Assembly: GCA_002633005.1 (NCBI GenBank)
Contig: NMRA01000052.1
Span: forward strand, 610,722-674,721
Origin: Phoronis australis
Lineage: Eukaryota; Animalia; Phoronida
Length of the DNA stretch: 64,000 bases
Direction: 5' to 3'
Below, one piece after another: positions 61,201 through 64,000 of the stretch. Within the stretch, counting starts at the first letter, position 1. Every line of letters begins with the position of its first letter. A model generated the notes under the pieces. That model saw nothing but the letters and a program-made list of their open reading frames with translations. It was not told where the DNA came from and searched no databases. A program made the position numbers and the translations under genes.

Positions 61201-64000
61201 TTTCCTGTGTGCAAAGCTTTGATGAAGACTGTCAGCGTTAGGTAATGTCTTGTAATAGAGGAAACTGAGCAGATGAGTTACCATATTCATGGAGACTAAC
61301 AGTTATGAGAATTTTCGTCCTTGAGATGTAAAAAATTTCATTTTTTTTCGTAGTCCCGTGTTCAGTGATACTTAACACAACTGTCAGTGGTCGACTTTTG
61401 AGTGTTCTCAATTGAAACTCCTTGGGTGTTATTCCAAATAGAGCAAAATCTGTATTGCCCTGTCAAATTTCTGATATTTGTTTCTCACAAAATCATGCAG
61501 CTATCTTAATTTTAATAAATGATCGTTGCAATTCTATGTTCTAGATCATTAACATTGATCCCATTCCTTGTTTTTATAACTTTGTGAAACATAACCTTAC
61601 CCTGCGCTTAAGGAGGCTGTTGGAATGAGTGCTGTCATTTTATTAAAATTCACAAAACAGTTATATTGTGTTCCTCTGTATATAACCACAGATGTTTACA
61701 AGTGACAGTTTTTACCCCCTTCAGTTAGTTCCGCTCTGGTGAAAATACAGTGATAAATGAACTCGCGCACCTGGGCGTTCAGGTGCAAATTTTGCCTGTT
61801 GGGAATACAAATGTTACTAAAAATGCAGCTGGCTGCATCACGCTTTTCACCAAATTTCTAGTCCTTTAGGTCAGGAAATGATCTTGGCGATGAATTACAT
61901 TCTGAAGGATTATTATTAGACATAGATGGTGACAATGTATTGAACATGCCCTGTCTGGTTGAGTATTTTATTGATTGATAGAACAACAAGACAAAATAAC
62001 CTTCCGGTAGGCATTGTTTGAAAAGGTTAGGGGGGTTTATTAAGGAAATGGAAATGGAGATGTTTGAATTATTGTCCATTAGAATGAATTAGTTGTATTG
62101 TTTTATAGATACTTCTATGTTTGTTGATAAAGAAACCAAAAGAAATTTAATTATTTCACTGCTTTTTATAGCAAATCGAGTCTTTTTTAATTTGTGCTTT
62201 TTATGGTTACCTTGTAAATTATGTTATAAGTTTCTCATGAGTGTTGTCTATTCGCATAATCCTAAACATTTAATTTTTTTGAAACAATACTTATTTTGAG
62301 GCTGTTTGCTTTTAGTGTTTTTTTGAAAGTATTATGACATTTTTTTCAACTGTTAATGTCACACTTTTCATCATGACGTAAGTTTGAATTTTCTGTTTCT
62401 TCCCCGCTGGAAATTATTTTCTGACTCTTATTTTTAAGAGCTGACACCACATTCCAAGCCCTAATTATTGAACAGGTAATAACTTACCTGGTGACCGTCG
62501 ATCTAGAGTAAAATCCCAACCAAGTTAAGTGTCAGCTGCCTGCGCTTGCAAAAACACATCCTTCCTGCTGGACTAGTTTGAAGATGTAAAAATCTGGCTC
62601 ATTGCCCCCAATAATATTTATCATTGCAATAGACTCTGCAGCATTTTCTTCATTGGTGGACCAGTCCACTTTTCCAACTGTGGGGGTTACCGTTAATCCC
62701 CAGTGCAAACTATCTCATTAGCTTGGCCCTGTGCTAATCCCGATGATCTGTTTGTGGTTGTTGGTTAAGACCCTTGAGTTGAACCTGTGGGGTTTCATTC
62801 TTGTTCAGCTAAAAATTTATCCTGGCAATGTTTGTGTTTGTTGTTGTTGTTGCAAGCAGTTTGTCTTTCTTGGGGAGCCACTGGCTTCTTCTATATTCCC
62901 TGCCTAATGGGGCCTGACACTGCAATGTATTTATATCTGCTAACTGTCAAAACTGTAATCAGATTTGTTCTAACTCCTCAGAAATAGCTCACTATGACTC
63001 AGAAACCCTCAAACTGGTGTCTTAGTTTTATTTTTGCTTTATCATTGTTGTAACTTATTAATAAACGAAATATACAATTCAAAGTATTTTTCTACTGTTA
63101 TGCCTAAAGATTTTATTAATTATTTTGGAATTATCAATCAATCAACTTGAATTCTGTAATATAGGCCATAGGTTCCCGTACGAAAATATTTTAAAATACT
63201 TAGGTGTAGATGGGATCATATTTGTTCACAATGTTTCAAATCAGACGTGGACTTCTGCGCACAGACTGCTATATGTGAATTCATGATCATATCGACATGA
63301 GACCATGTAAAAGTATTAAGTGCAGAATTCTTAGGCTGTGTTTCAGCCAGAGTTCAGCCAGTTTTGGTTGAGGAAATCATGTGCCTGAGGTCCACAACAA
63401 CTTGCAAATACGCGATCCTGGTTAGTAAAATTAGGGAAAAAATCATGGAAGGAGCGTTTATAGTTTTGTGATCTGATCCTGATGGAATGTTTTCAGGAAT
63501 ATGCAAGTAGTTCAGCCAAGACTTAGAACCATTCATTCCTCTGTCAAAATGATACTGAATCCTGAAACAGAAAAATTGTGTTGACCATCCATGAGGAGGT
63601 GTGTCATGCTTACCTTTGATTGCTGAATCCTGCGTAGTATTCTTATTGTGAAGACTGATGTCAGACCAAGATCTAGTCCCGTGTATAGCCATATATTAGT
63701 GTGTCCACACTCCACCAATTATTCATTGTAAATAGTAATTTCCGTGGGCAGCCAAGTTACTGTGGACGCGTGTTAGTCAGAGGCCTCTGTACAAAACCAC
63801 CGACCCCCTACGCTGTAGCTTGCACCCTTGTGGGAAAGTTACAAACAAAACATACCCTTTTATTCCTGTTGTTTATCCTTCTCGTACATTGTTACTGTTG
63901 CCGGTAATAAAAGCAGCTCCCTTTAAATGACAGGTTTACTTGTCATTGTTGGGAAGTTGCTGCCTCAGTTATCGCAATATTTACTTTCCCTCAAATTCAA

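Noticed and set aside
37400-64000. Numerous 60-125 aa ORFs; search for tRNA, snoRNA, transposase or RT remnants
   Set aside because: No recognisable domains, A/B-box cloverleaf or consistent splice-flanked coding exons seen by eye; treated as intronic non-coding DNA.

Overview
AT-rich, intron-containing animal (probably marine invertebrate bilaterian) genomic DNA, not prokaryotic; most ORF-track entries are noise. Manual exon splicing gives four protein-coding genes. (1) The last two exons of a RagA/B small GTPase (+, 1-860). (2) A complete 9-coding-exon cyclin B3 gene (-, 5026-12029), with an apparent 1-bp frameshift in the cyclin-box exon. (3) A multi-pass membrane protein (+, nine exons 19677-31079, 404 aa so far, 3' end not found in the window) whose inverted topology and motifs suggest an insect gustatory-receptor-like (GRL/7TMIC) ion channel; it appears to share a ~140-bp bidirectional promoter with cyclin B3. 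(4) An intronless LRR/Thr-stalk/TM/PDZ-ligand receptor (-, 34379-36361) nested antisense in a >=32.9-kb intron of gene 3. Also present: a 12x39-bp minisatellite with splice-site-like units, several MITE/foldback families, short tandem duplications and one assembly-gap duplication. All family assignments rest on motif recognition from memory; no database searches were run.
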